Below, piece by piece: positions 17,801 to 26,253 of a stretch of DNA of 64,000 nt. A program made the position numbers and the translations under genes. Where the stretch lies: the NCBI GenBank assembly GCA_045130275.1, contig JBGUPL010000014.1, positions 15,743 to 79,742 on the forward strand, written 5' to 3'. The notes below the pieces were generated by a model. It saw nothing but the letters and a program-made list of their open reading frames with translations. It made no database searches and had not been told where the DNA came from. The stretch comes from Bacteroidales bacterium. Lineage in GTDB: Bacteria; Bacteroidota; Bacteroidia; Bacteroidales; WCHB1-69. Numbering within the stretch: the first letter of the stretch is position 1; every line of letters starts with the position of its first letter.

Positions 17801-19548
17801 TTACCTTCGGTGGTGAAATTCCGTGGTTGACCGGTCTGGTTGACAACGAGGGTGATTATCCTGCCAACTGGATCCGTGCTGGTCAACAGACGGCTTCCAA
17901 CTATTGGGTGTGTAACTCCGTTCAGGAAGGTTCCTCTTGCGACTATATGAAGTATCGTGCAGAAGACTTCCATAATGTGTTCCATTTCGACAATGGCGAG
18001 AAGGCGGATGACACTCGTGGTTTCATGGATCCCAACCAGCAGTTTGAAGGTATGGTCGGTGGTACGTGGGCTCCTTATGTTATGTCTTCCCCGTTTGATG
18101 GCGGTCCTAAGGCCAAATTAATCGTGAAGGATATTACCAGCAGCACGGTTTCCCCGAATCCTGATCACTATCCTATGACCGAGGCTCTGATCAACAATAT
18201 CAGCAATACTGCTGGTTATAACCAAACTTTGACGAACCTCTATTCTGTGGATATCGTCCTCACTCCCGACAAGAGCCTGTGGACCAGAGCTCTCGTCTTG
18301 GAGTCTGGTTCCGGTACACCGAACACCGCTAGCCCCACTGTGTCGCAGGAGTTCAACGGTCAGACGTATAAAAACATCCGTCATGAACCTAAGAAATGCC
18401 CGTCAGTGGATAAGGAAGGTAATCCTGACAATTCTGGTACCACCGGTTTCGGTTGGTTCCCGGGTTACGCCATCAACGTGGAAACGGGTGAGCGTTTGAA
18501 CATTATGTTCGCTGAAAACTCCGAGGACCCCTACAATAATGGTAACGATATGATTTTCAACCCCACCAATGTCTATGCGTTTGCTAAGGATATTTTGGCA
18601 GACACTATGCTGTTGGATGAGGACGGTCAACCTGTTCCGATGACAGAGGGTGTGTACAACGCTATGAGAGATGCCTACGGCATGAGAATGGGTGAGCCTT
18701 TGAATGGTGGTCGTCACTATGTGTATGTGGTTGGAAGTTCCGGTAACACCGCCAGCCTGTATTACCGTTATGCATCCAGAACCAGAAACTACAATGACCA
18801 AGGCAAGACCGTTTCTATCAGCGGTTTCACCCATGGTGGTACTTTCCAAGATGCGAATGGTAACTATTATCCGTATTATGAGTGCGGTCCTTACGATCAA
18901 TGTGCATGGCTTTCTGCTAAGTTCAATACTTTGACCGAAACCACATACGGTAATAAGGCTCGTATGGCTAAAAAGATGCAGATTTTCAACAACGTCATGT
19001 GGACGAGCATCCCGATGCCGACCCAGATGTACGAAGATCAGTGGCTTTCTTCTGATGCCACCATCAAGTTGCGTGTTTCCCGTCCGTACATGAGATATTC
19101 TTCCCGTTGGTATGATGAGCCGTCACAGTCTCAGAATGCCAGCCTGAACAACGGTTTCCCGATGTATGAGTTCACCACGATGAACCTCGTTCCCGAAAAG
19201 GTTGAACAAGTTGCAGATGTGGACGAGCTCCTCCAGGATATCAATATTGTACCGAATCCTTACTATGGATTCTCCAACTATGAGCACGGCGCTTTGGAGA
19301 CGTATGTGCGTATTGTCAATCTTCCTGCCAAGTGTACCATTTCCATCTACACGGTGAACGGTACTTTGATCAGAACGCTTACGCACGGTTCTTCTTCCGA
19401 CTCCTACGTGCAGTGGGATCTCAAGAACCACGCCAACATTCCGATCGCCAGCGGTGTATATCTCATCTATGTCAATGCACCGGGTATCGGCGAACGTACG
19501 TTGAAATTCTTCTGCAATATGCGTCCTACAGACTTGAATGGTTTCTAA
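14818..19548 (+). CDS. 1576-aa secreted protein of unknown function with a T9SS C-terminal sorting domain
   Basis: Signal peptide (LTLLMVFVLSGTLRA). The last ~90 aa (about 19285-19548) read IVPNPYYGF...VRIVNLPAKCTISIYTVNGTLIRTL...WDLKNHANIPIASGVYLIYV, matching the T9SS type-A / FlgD-Ig-like CTD pattern. It lies 24 nt after the upstream stop. Confidence 0.75.
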   Translation: MKNIKQIFCLTLLMVFVLSGTLRAEKLKGERRSSSPKAESATCLPAAGSNELTVNNVRAYIETGGTMWFKEVSEYEVPRGSGKTSMFCAALWIGGHDANGQLKLAAVRFRQVGDDYWPGPLKTTGASTTQSMCIKFDKHFKISRAEVDQHISGYNTTGYVMPASIANWPAHGDEGYSYYLAPFKDVNENGVYDPENGDYPYYDINNDLCPWTEDNIALAAQHALPRTPEDIMYYGQDWHNSNGMIYADHVLKGDETLFWIFNDNAGPHTESQGNPIGLEIRGQCFGFSTNDELNNMTFYSYEIINRSTYTLTDTYFSQWVDPDLGYAYDDYVGCDVGRGLGYCYNGSNVDGSGQNWAYGDQPPAVGVDFFQGPYMDADGRDNPKFYADSASEIGYCDRFLNSIYELDQMAINGVNFGDSIVDNERFGMRRFVYHNNNESVTGDPRIAVEYYNMLRGIWRDNSKMRYGGNAHTSNGGNGPECDFMFPALTDVCNWGTSGIDPVPTQYGADGWTEANVGNAAYDRRFMQSAGPFTLKPGAVNYITVGIPWARAAQGGAQASVELLKRADDKCQSLFENCFKTLDGPDAPDVTIRELENELIIYLSNNDPQKNNYHETYIEMDPQIPRTLATTSYVNQVDSIFTYTADGQPDTIVNVYPVPVEELDTLTHEQRSYKFEGYQIYQLANASVSVTDLGDASKALLVAQCDVENDASQLINWVYNDALGTSVATEMVNGGNEGISHSFRITEDKFATGTNKKLVNHKEYYFLVLAYGYNEYKKFSLDADHMDGQQTPYLAGRRNIKTTVGIPHKPVEQIMNSQYGDVPMITRIEGQGNGGMFLDLTDESRELILANNVYNNVQYKNNFGPLNIQVVDPLMVKPFNYYVKFLENNISSDVNDSTMWQLIISDEHSDRELIDNGIYTIGDNGDTIPTRVTTAAMPISMTNEQLFLDLGIAISIKNYKFKVYQRNLDEHIMKNGGYNYQNTTTFAQPDVLGSEITFGGEIPWLTGLVDNEGDYPANWIRAGQQTASNYWVCNSVQEGSSCDYMKYRAEDFHNVFHFDNGEKADDTRGFMDPNQQFEGMVGGTWAPYVMSSPFDGGPKAKLIVKDITSSTVSPNPDHYPMTEALINNISNTAGYNQTLTNLYSVDIVLTPDKSLWTRALVLESGSGTPNTASPTVSQEFNGQTYKNIRHEPKKCPSVDKEGNPDNSGTTGFGWFPGYAINVETGERLNIMFAENSEDPYNNGNDMIFNPTNVYAFAKDILADTMLLDEDGQPVPMTEGVYNAMRDAYGMRMGEPLNGGRHYVYVVGSSGNTASLYYRYASRTRNYNDQGKTVSISGFTHGGTFQDANGNYYPYYECGPYDQCAWLSAKFNTLTETTYGNKARMAKKMQIFNNVMWTSIPMPTQMYEDQWLSSDATIKLRVSRPYMRYSSRWYDEPSQSQNASLNNGFPMYEFTTMNLVPEKVEQVADVDELLQDINIVPNPYYGFSNYEHGALETYVRIVNLPAKCTISIYTVNGTLIRTLTHGSSSDSYVQWDLKNHANIPIASGVYLIYVNAPGIGERTLKFFCNMRPTDLNGF

Positions 19549-19575
19549 AATTATTAATCTTAAAAATCAGAGAAT

Positions 19576-20760
19576 ATGAAAAATCTATATAAATCATTAA
19601 TAATTTGCACAATTATCGCTCTCATATCTGCAAGTGCCTCTACGGCATTTGCAGGTAACAGAGACCGTTCCGGTCAGGCAGGTGCATCCCATCTGTTGAT
19701 TGATCCTTGGGCTCGTACTAGTGGTATGGCAGGCGCCGGTGTCGCCGAAATCCGCGGCCTCGAATCTGTCTTCTCCAATGTTGCTGGTTTGACATCAGTA
19801 CGCAAGACTGAGCTGGCTTTCAACAGAACGCAATACCTTGTGGGTTCCGGTTGCGGTATCAGCCTCAACTCCATTGCCATCGCCCAGAAGCTCGGTAAAA
19901 AGAAAGACTTCGGCGTGATTTCCGTTTCTTTCTTCGCACAAAGCTTTGGCAATATCTCCATTACCACGACCGAACAGCCGGAAGGCGGCTTGGGAACATT
20001 CAGCCCCACGCTTTCTTACATTGGTTTGCATTATGCGAAGTCCTTCAACAACTTCATCAAGGGTGGTGTTTCAATCAAGATCATCAATGAGCGTATTTCT
20101 GACTCCAAGGCCACGGGTTTCGCAATCGATGCCGGTGTCCAGTATGTGACGGGCAAGTTTGAAAACTTCAAAATCGGTGTCACCTTGAAGAACATCGGTA
20201 CGCCTATGCATTATACTGGCGATGGTCTTTCCATCCGCGCTCGTATCCCCAGTCAACAGCATGAACAGACACTTGAGATGCGTTCCGCAGAGTTCGAAAT
20301 GCCTTCTCTGTTGTCTATCGGTGTTTCTTACGACCTTTTGTTCTTCGGTGGTGAATACGCTGAATTTACAAAGGATGAACTCGCTGAAGAGGGTCTTACC
20401 CGTGACGACGCTGAGCACAGACTCACCTTTGCAGGTACCTTCACGGCAAATTCCTATACCAGAGACGTCTTCGCCATCGGTTTGGAATATGGTTTCAGAA
20501 ACATCTTTATGATTCGTGCCGGTTACGGTCTTGAAAACATTGGTAAGGGTGCAAGATCCTCTGAGAATGAGACTGCTGCTATTCTGCTCAACAGCGATTC
20601 ATTCTTCACGGGTCCCGCCGTGGGTGCTTCGATTCTCATTCCTTTCACCAAGGAACGCAAGAATCATGCCATCGGTCCCCGTATGTATCTTGACTATGCC
20701 TACAGATTCACCAACCATTGGAGAGGCAACCACTACATTGGCATCAAGGTGGCTTTGTAA
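19576..20760 (+). CDS. PorV/PorQ-family outer-membrane barrel (T9SS-associated)
   Basis: Signal peptide, then GASHLLIDPWARTSGMAGAGVAEIRGLESVFSNVAGL, the N-terminal signature shared by PorV/PorQ (FadL-like) barrels. Amphipathic beta-strands run to the C-terminus. It lies 27 nt after the cargo gene. Confidence 0.7.
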   Translation: MKNLYKSLIICTIIALISASASTAFAGNRDRSGQAGASHLLIDPWARTSGMAGAGVAEIRGLESVFSNVAGLTSVRKTELAFNRTQYLVGSGCGISLNSIAIAQKLGKKKDFGVISVSFFAQSFGNISITTTEQPEGGLGTFSPTLSYIGLHYAKSFNNFIKGGVSIKIINERISDSKATGFAIDAGVQYVTGKFENFKIGVTLKNIGTPMHYTGDGLSIRARIPSQQHEQTLEMRSAEFEMPSLLSIGVSYDLLFFGGEYAEFTKDELAEEGLTRDDAEHRLTFAGTFTANSYTRDVFAIGLEYGFRNIFMIRAGYGLENIGKGARSSENETAAILLNSDSFFTGPAVGASILIPFTKERKNHAIGPRMYLDYAYRFTNHWRGNHYIGIKVAL

Positions 20761-20790
20761 TAGACTATTATTTTATTGTATATAACTTAA

Positions 20791-20823
20791 ATAGAAGAGA
20801 CTGATAAAGTCTCTTCTATTTTG
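20791..20823 (+). terminator. Rho-independent terminator after the PorV-like gene
   Basis: 12-bp perfect stem ATAGAAGAGACT / AGTCTCTTCTAT with loop GATAA, followed by TTTTG. Confidence 0.8.
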
Positions 20824-20843
20824 TGTAAATTTAGAACCTGAAT

Positions 20844-21317
20844 ATGGAAGATGTAAAGTATTATACTCAAGAGGGACTCGATGCCCTCAAACGTGAGTTG
20901 AACCAGTTGGAAGCTGTGGAACGCCCCAAAATATCACAAGCCATTGCTGAGGCAAGAGACAAGGGCGACCTTTCTGAGAACGCTGAATATGATGCCGCTA
21001 AAGAGGCTCAAGGCATGCTCGAGCTGAAGATCGCCAACCTCAAAAATCTGATTGCCAAAGCGCGTGTTTTGGATGAGTCAAAGATAGATGTCTCCAAAGT
21101 GTTGATATATTCTATCGTGAAGATTAAGAATATGAAAAACGGTATGGAGATGACCTACACGATTGTCCCCGAGTCCGAGTCCGATCTCAAGGGCGGCAAA
21201 ATTTCTGTTTCCAGCCCGATCGCGAAAGCCCTCATTGGCCATTCCAAGGAGGATGTGGTTAGTGTCCAGGCCCCGGCAGGTGTGATGGAATTTCAAATTT
21301 TAGATATTTCACGTTAA
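20844..21317 (+). CDS. greA: Transcription elongation factor GreA
   Basis: Full-length match to the GreA pattern: YTQEGLDALKRELNQLE...AIAEARDKGDLSENAEYDAAKEAQ. Confidence 0.95.
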   Translation: MEDVKYYTQEGLDALKRELNQLEAVERPKISQAIAEARDKGDLSENAEYDAAKEAQGMLELKIANLKNLIAKARVLDESKIDVSKVLIYSIVKIKNMKNGMEMTYTIVPESESDLKGGKISVSSPIAKALIGHSKEDVVSVQAPAGVMEFQILDISR

Positions 21318-21327
21318 TTTTATTATC

Positions 21328-21726
21328 ATGGAAGAGACCATTTTCACTAAAATCGTCAAAGGAGAAATCCCTTGTTATAAAATTGCGGAGGATGAGCGCT
21401 TTTTCGCATTCCTTGACATTTCCCCGTTGGCAAAAGGTCACACCCTTGTCATCACAAAATTGCAGAATGACTATATTTTCGATCTTGATGATGATATGTT
21501 GGGTGATATGATGATCTTTGCCAAAAAAGTGGCAAAGGCCATGAAACAGGTGCTGCCTTGCCAGCGTATTGGCGTGGCTGTGATCGGCATTGACGTGCCG
21601 CATAACCACATCCACCTTGTCCCGATCAACGGGGTGGGGGACCTTGATTTCAAGGCACCGCGTGTACAACTCACCAAAGAGGAGTTCGCCGAAATCGCCG
21701 CCAAAATTTCCGCAGCCGTTCAATAA
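21328..21726 (+). CDS. HIT-family (histidine triad) nucleotide hydrolase
   Basis: IFTKIVKGEIPCYKI N-terminus and histidine triad HNHIHLVP. Confidence 0.9.
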   Translation: MEETIFTKIVKGEIPCYKIAEDERFFAFLDISPLAKGHTLVITKLQNDYIFDLDDDMLGDMMIFAKKVAKAMKQVLPCQRIGVAVIGIDVPHNHIHLVPINGVGDLDFKAPRVQLTKEEFAEIAAKISAAVQ

Positions 21727-21740
21727 ACCCTATAGAGTTC

Positions 21741-21772
21741 AGGTGGCGCATACGTGTGCCACCTTTTTTTTG
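21741..21772 (+). terminator. Rho-independent terminator after greA-HIT
   Basis: Stem AGGTGGCGCA / TGTGCCACCT (one G-U) with loop TACG, followed by T8. Confidence 0.8.
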
Positions 21773-21779
21773 TTTTGCG

Positions 21780-24700
21780 ATGAAAAAGATTTTGACATTC
21801 AGTTTCCTGTTTTGCCTGATTCTGTCTGTACAGGCTCAACGCTTTACATCCTTCTCCAAAGACCCCTCAAAAACGGTGGAGGAGATGAAGGAGTTTTATG
21901 CAACCGTGCCAAAAGACCGTCAAAAGGAAGCCAAGGAGATCTTGGACGAGTTTGAATTAATGTGGACGACGCTCATGGATGCGGGAAATCAATCCGTGTT
22001 TATTGATGCGGCCAACAAGATGGTAAAGAAAAAGCATCGTCCGATTCCCCATTTCCAAAGCTTTATTCATACTTATAACGTCTTTTTGCAAAGTCAGTAT
22101 GCCAGCGAACACGATACCTGGCATAAGATCCTGGACTATCATATCGCACAAAGCTCCACTTTCTTCCAAGGGAAAATGGAACTGTATGAACACTTTTTCA
22201 AAGACAATATTCTGAACGAAGGCGATAATGTGAAATGGGTGGCCATGGGCTTTTCCGACCATTTGGGATTTGCCGAAGAACCGTACTTCGATTTCAACGA
22301 CATTGACCTTTGGGGTTACTCAGCGAAAGACAGTTTGATTGTGAGCGGCGTAAATGGTCGTTATTTTCCCGACAAGTTGCAGTTCAAGGCCAACGGGGGA
22401 GTTGTCTCATGGGATCGGGCCGGATTGGATGCCAATGTGAAGGCTGTTTTGAAAACGTATGACATTGACTTGCGATTCCCGCGCGTGGTGGCGGAGGATG
22501 CGCTGTTCTACTATCCGAAGTTGTTCGCGCAACCGATTGTCGGACGTTTGGAAGAGAAGGCGATGCTGCCTACTTCCGAGGAGAAAGCCACCTACCCCCG
22601 GTTCACTAGTAACGAGGTTACGCTGCCTGTCAAGAATTTGTACAAGGATGTGGACTATATGGGCGGTTTCGAGATGCGGGGTGCCTCCATCTACGGCACT
22701 GGTCATGGCGATACGTTGGCAAAAGTCACCATTTACAACGAGGGTGAAGTGATTATCACCGCCCAATCGCGTAGCTTCCTTATTCGCCCGGCAAACCTCC
22801 TTTCCGAGGATGCGAAGGTTTCGGTATATATCGAATCCGATTCCATTTATCACCCGGCAGCCAATTTCAAGTACGACAATGAGAAGAAAAGTCTGCTCAT
22901 TTCCCGTCCCAAACAGGGCGTCGGGAGGTCCCCGTTTTTCAACTCCTATCATAAGCTGGATATGTATGTGGAATCGTTACAGTGGGTTACCAGCGAAAAA
23001 CGGATTGAGTTGAAACCAATTGTGGGCAATACCAGCGAGCAGGCGGCTTACTTTGAATCGCAGAATTATTATGAAGAGGCGGTTATGCACGAGGTGGCCG
23101 GTTATAATACCGTCAACCCGCTTTATACCCTATGGCAGCTTTTCAACAGTGCCGGTTATGAGAATCTGACAATCGAAGACGTGATTCGATGGTTCAACAA
23201 ACCGCCGTTGGATATCAAGGCGATGATGATTGATTTTGCGGCCCGTGGTTTTATAGAATATGATGTCAATCACAATCAGATCCGCTACCGCAGCAAAATC
23301 GCCCAATATCTTAACAATCAAGTCAAAAAGAAAGATTATGACTATATAAAACTGGAATCCAAGACACACTATGCCTCTTTGGATTTGTTAACGAATGACC
23401 TCAAAATTACCGGATGCGAATTTTTCGTGCTCAGTGATCCGCAAATTGTCAACGTTTATCCGATGAATGAACTGGTCACCGTGAAAAAGAACCGTAATAT
23501 GGTCTTTTCCGGTCGCGTGATAGGCGGTTTGTTTGATTTTGTGACCCATAATTGTGCTTTTGATTATGACCGTTTTCTTGTGGATATGGATATCATTGAC
23601 ACATTGATTATGTATGTGGAGGACAAAAACGGGCCGATGGATATGTACGGTGACTATAAGTTACAACGCGTGCGCAGTGAAATTCAGGAGCTTTCCGGCG
23701 TTTTGTATATTGACGTGCCAGGCAATAAGAGTGGTATGACGGACTACCCTGACTATCCGATTTTCGAAGCGCGCAAGGGTGGCAAGGTCTTCTACGACCA
23801 ACCGTATGTCCTGGGTGGCGTTTATGATCGAAACAAATTCTATTACGCTGTGAACCAGTTCCGAATTGTCAACCTGGACAACTTTGTCATCGATTCAATG
23901 AAGTTCAGTGGCGCGTTGGTCTCCGGTGGTATCTTCCCGGACATTGCCGAGCCGTTGAAGGTGCAGTCTGACTTTTCCCTTGGTTTTGTACATAACACGC
24001 CTGGTTTGCCGATGTATGGCAACAAAGGGGGTTATCAAGGCCGTATTAGTTTAAGTAACAGAGGTTTGCGAGGAAAAGGCAATATTGATTACATCACTTC
24101 GCATACCTATTCCGACAGTTTGGTCTTTTACATAGATTCCACCAACGGTGCCGCCAACACGCACCGTGTTGATGAGCAGATGGCGGGCACGGAATTCCCG
24201 CCGGCTTCCGTGGACGAAGCTTATCTGCATTGGGAACCATATGAGGATCAGATGTTTATCCATACATTGCAAAATCCGATGGATCTCTTCACAGAGGCGA
24301 CGCTGACGGGTAATTCCAAGATTACACCGAGCGGAATGTACGGAACGGGCATCGTGAAGTTCAACAGGGCCGATATTTCTTCGCGGCTGTTCTTCTTCAA
24401 ACACCACGAGATTCTGGCTGACACCGCCGATCTACGGATTTACGATATCAGCGGCGGCAAAGACGTCGCCTTCTCCACCGACAACTACAATTCCCATATT
24501 GACTTTAAGACGCGGAAAGGTCATTTCAAAGCTAACGGAGAGGCTTCGGTTGTCTATTTTGTGCAGAATGAGATCAAGGCTAAATCTTCGGAGTTTGAAT
24601 GGGATCCGATTGACTCCACCATTTTGCGGTTCAAGTGGGACGATCCGTACAAAGACACGGATATCGACAATACTCCCATCAAAGAACTTGTGGATATGCA

Positions 24701-26252
24701 GAGTGTTGGCAATGAATTGTATGCTGTGGCACCAGAGACGAATTATCAGTTTACAGCCGTGAATGCAGAATTTGATTTTGCCAAGAATATTATCAATGCC
24801 CACGGGGTCCGTTACATCAACGTGGGCGATGCCGCTATCACGCCCTACCACGGCGATGTCACTATCCGCAAAAAAGCTGTCATGGATGTTTTGGAGAAAT
24901 CGCGAATTCTCGCCGGGCGGGAGAACAAATACCACGAGCTTTATAACTGTACCACACGTGTGCAGAGCGCTACTAGATTCTACGCCAATGGTTATTACGA
25001 TTATGTGGATGCCGAGCAGCGCGTCCAGACACTCTATTTCGACACCGTCTATTTCATGAAGGAAACTTTTGGAGAGGCGAAAATCCCGTTGGAGAAAGAT
25101 TTTCACTTCAGTGACCAGTTCGCCTTCGATGGGCGTGCCGAACTTCACAGCACCAACCCGTTCCTCTCCTATTTTGGCGGTGTGGAAATCCTCCACGGCT
25201 GTGATTCTGTCAAGCACTCCCGCATGAAGATTCTGCAACAGGTGGACCCGAACAACATTATGCTTCAAGTCCATGACCGTACCAAAGATATGGATGAACG
25301 GAAAGTGGTCGTGGCCATTGCGTCCAGTAACAAGACCGGACGCATTTATACCGCCTTTGGTGTTGCTAAGGACGAATTCAATGATGCGGAATACATCAAC
25401 GTGTTCGGATACATCACATACGACAAGGAGACTCGCGAATTCAAGGCAGCTTCCAAGGAGAAGCTGATGGATCCGAGTGTCCCAGGAAACATCATCGTAT
25501 TGAACACGGATAACTGCGAGGCGCATGGTAGCGGTACCATTGATATGGGTGCCAAGCTTGGTCGTGTTAATTTTGTCACCAATGGTACTATTGTGAATTA
25601 TATGCTTGCTGATTCAGCCGAGATGCACCTTACCACCTCCATTGACTTCTTCTTCAATGACAAGTCGATGGACTTGATGAACAAAGCCTTGGACAATGCC
25701 ACGTTGGATTTTGTGGATGTATCTGATGATGAGGCGTTTGACGTTGCGTTGTACAATATTTTGGGTAAGGCTGAGTACGACCGATACCAGCACAATGTGG
25801 CTCTCGGACAGAACCGCCGTCTGCCAGAGGCATTGCAGGTCAAGTTTTTGTTCTCCAATATTGATTTTGAGTGGGACAAAGAGCAGTCCACTTTCAAGTC
25901 ACAAACGAAACTGCCGTTGATTGTTTGCGGTGCCAAACAGACCTATAAGTTGGTGCCGGGCCGTATTGTCATAGAAAAACGAGGTTCCCGTAACCGTCTG
26001 TATTTGTACTTCGAGTTTGACAACCAGTTCTACTACTTCCAGTTCGACAACAATGCCGTGTCTGCTTTCTCTTCCGACAAAGCCTTCAACGACGCAATTA
26101 CCAGTGTCAAGCCCAAGAACCGTTTCCAGGCGCCTGATCAGGCGAAGGGGCTTCCGTCATTCACCTACAAGTTAGGTAATAGAAGTTTGAAGAACAAATT
26201 TGTGAAGAAGTATTTTGTGGATATAGAGGAAGAACCTGAAACGGAAGATTAA
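21780..26252 (+). CDS. Large (about 1490 aa) secreted protein of unknown function
   Basis: Signal peptide MKKILTFSFLFCLILSVQAQ. The listed start 21756 lies inside the upstream terminator hairpin, so ATG 21780 is preferred. There is no CTD and no motif I recognise. The tail is acidic (IEEEPETED). Confidence 0.65.
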   Translation: MKKILTFSFLFCLILSVQAQRFTSFSKDPSKTVEEMKEFYATVPKDRQKEAKEILDEFELMWTTLMDAGNQSVFIDAANKMVKKKHRPIPHFQSFIHTYNVFLQSQYASEHDTWHKILDYHIAQSSTFFQGKMELYEHFFKDNILNEGDNVKWVAMGFSDHLGFAEEPYFDFNDIDLWGYSAKDSLIVSGVNGRYFPDKLQFKANGGVVSWDRAGLDANVKAVLKTYDIDLRFPRVVAEDALFYYPKLFAQPIVGRLEEKAMLPTSEEKATYPRFTSNEVTLPVKNLYKDVDYMGGFEMRGASIYGTGHGDTLAKVTIYNEGEVIITAQSRSFLIRPANLLSEDAKVSVYIESDSIYHPAANFKYDNEKKSLLISRPKQGVGRSPFFNSYHKLDMYVESLQWVTSEKRIELKPIVGNTSEQAAYFESQNYYEEAVMHEVAGYNTVNPLYTLWQLFNSAGYENLTIEDVIRWFNKPPLDIKAMMIDFAARGFIEYDVNHNQIRYRSKIAQYLNNQVKKKDYDYIKLESKTHYASLDLLTNDLKITGCEFFVLSDPQIVNVYPMNELVTVKKNRNMVFSGRVIGGLFDFVTHNCAFDYDRFLVDMDIIDTLIMYVEDKNGPMDMYGDYKLQRVRSEIQELSGVLYIDVPGNKSGMTDYPDYPIFEARKGGKVFYDQPYVLGGVYDRNKFYYAVNQFRIVNLDNFVIDSMKFSGALVSGGIFPDIAEPLKVQSDFSLGFVHNTPGLPMYGNKGGYQGRISLSNRGLRGKGNIDYITSHTYSDSLVFYIDSTNGAANTHRVDEQMAGTEFPPASVDEAYLHWEPYEDQMFIHTLQNPMDLFTEATLTGNSKITPSGMYGTGIVKFNRADISSRLFFFKHHEILADTADLRIYDISGGKDVAFSTDNYNSHIDFKTRKGHFKANGEASVVYFVQNEIKAKSSEFEWDPIDSTILRFKWDDPYKDTDIDNTPIKELVDMQSVGNELYAVAPETNYQFTAVNAEFDFAKNIINAHGVRYINVGDAAITPYHGDVTIRKKAVMDVLEKSRILAGRENKYHELYNCTTRVQSATRFYANGYYDYVDAEQRVQTLYFDTVYFMKETFGEAKIPLEKDFHFSDQFAFDGRAELHSTNPFLSYFGGVEILHGCDSVKHSRMKILQQVDPNNIMLQVHDRTKDMDERKVVVAIASSNKTGRIYTAFGVAKDEFNDAEYINVFGYITYDKETREFKAASKEKLMDPSVPGNIIVLNTDNCEAHGSGTIDMGAKLGRVNFVTNGTIVNYMLADSAEMHLTTSIDFFFNDKSMDLMNKALDNATLDFVDVSDDEAFDVALYNILGKAEYDRYQHNVALGQNRRLPEALQVKFLFSNIDFEWDKEQSTFKSQTKLPLIVCGAKQTYKLVPGRIVIEKRGSRNRLYLYFEFDNQFYYFQFDNNAVSAFSSDKAFNDAITSVKPKNRFQAPDQAKGLPSFTYKLGNRSLKNKFVKKYFVDIEEEPETED

Positions 26253-26253
26253 A

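Noticed and set aside
14818-19548. Whether the 1576-aa protein upstream of the PorV-like gene is simply PorU, since porU-porV adjacency is the canonical arrangement.
   Set aside because: I see no gingipain/C25-like His and Cys catalytic motifs or other PorU-like features by eye, and the protein is considerably longer. This is provisional and needs a profile search (listed as the main refutation test).
21756-21779. Upstream start codon (MPPFFCFAM...) for the 1498-aa ORF.
   Set aside because: These codons lie inside the stem and T-run of the greA-HIT terminator. ATG 21780 gives a canonical signal peptide.
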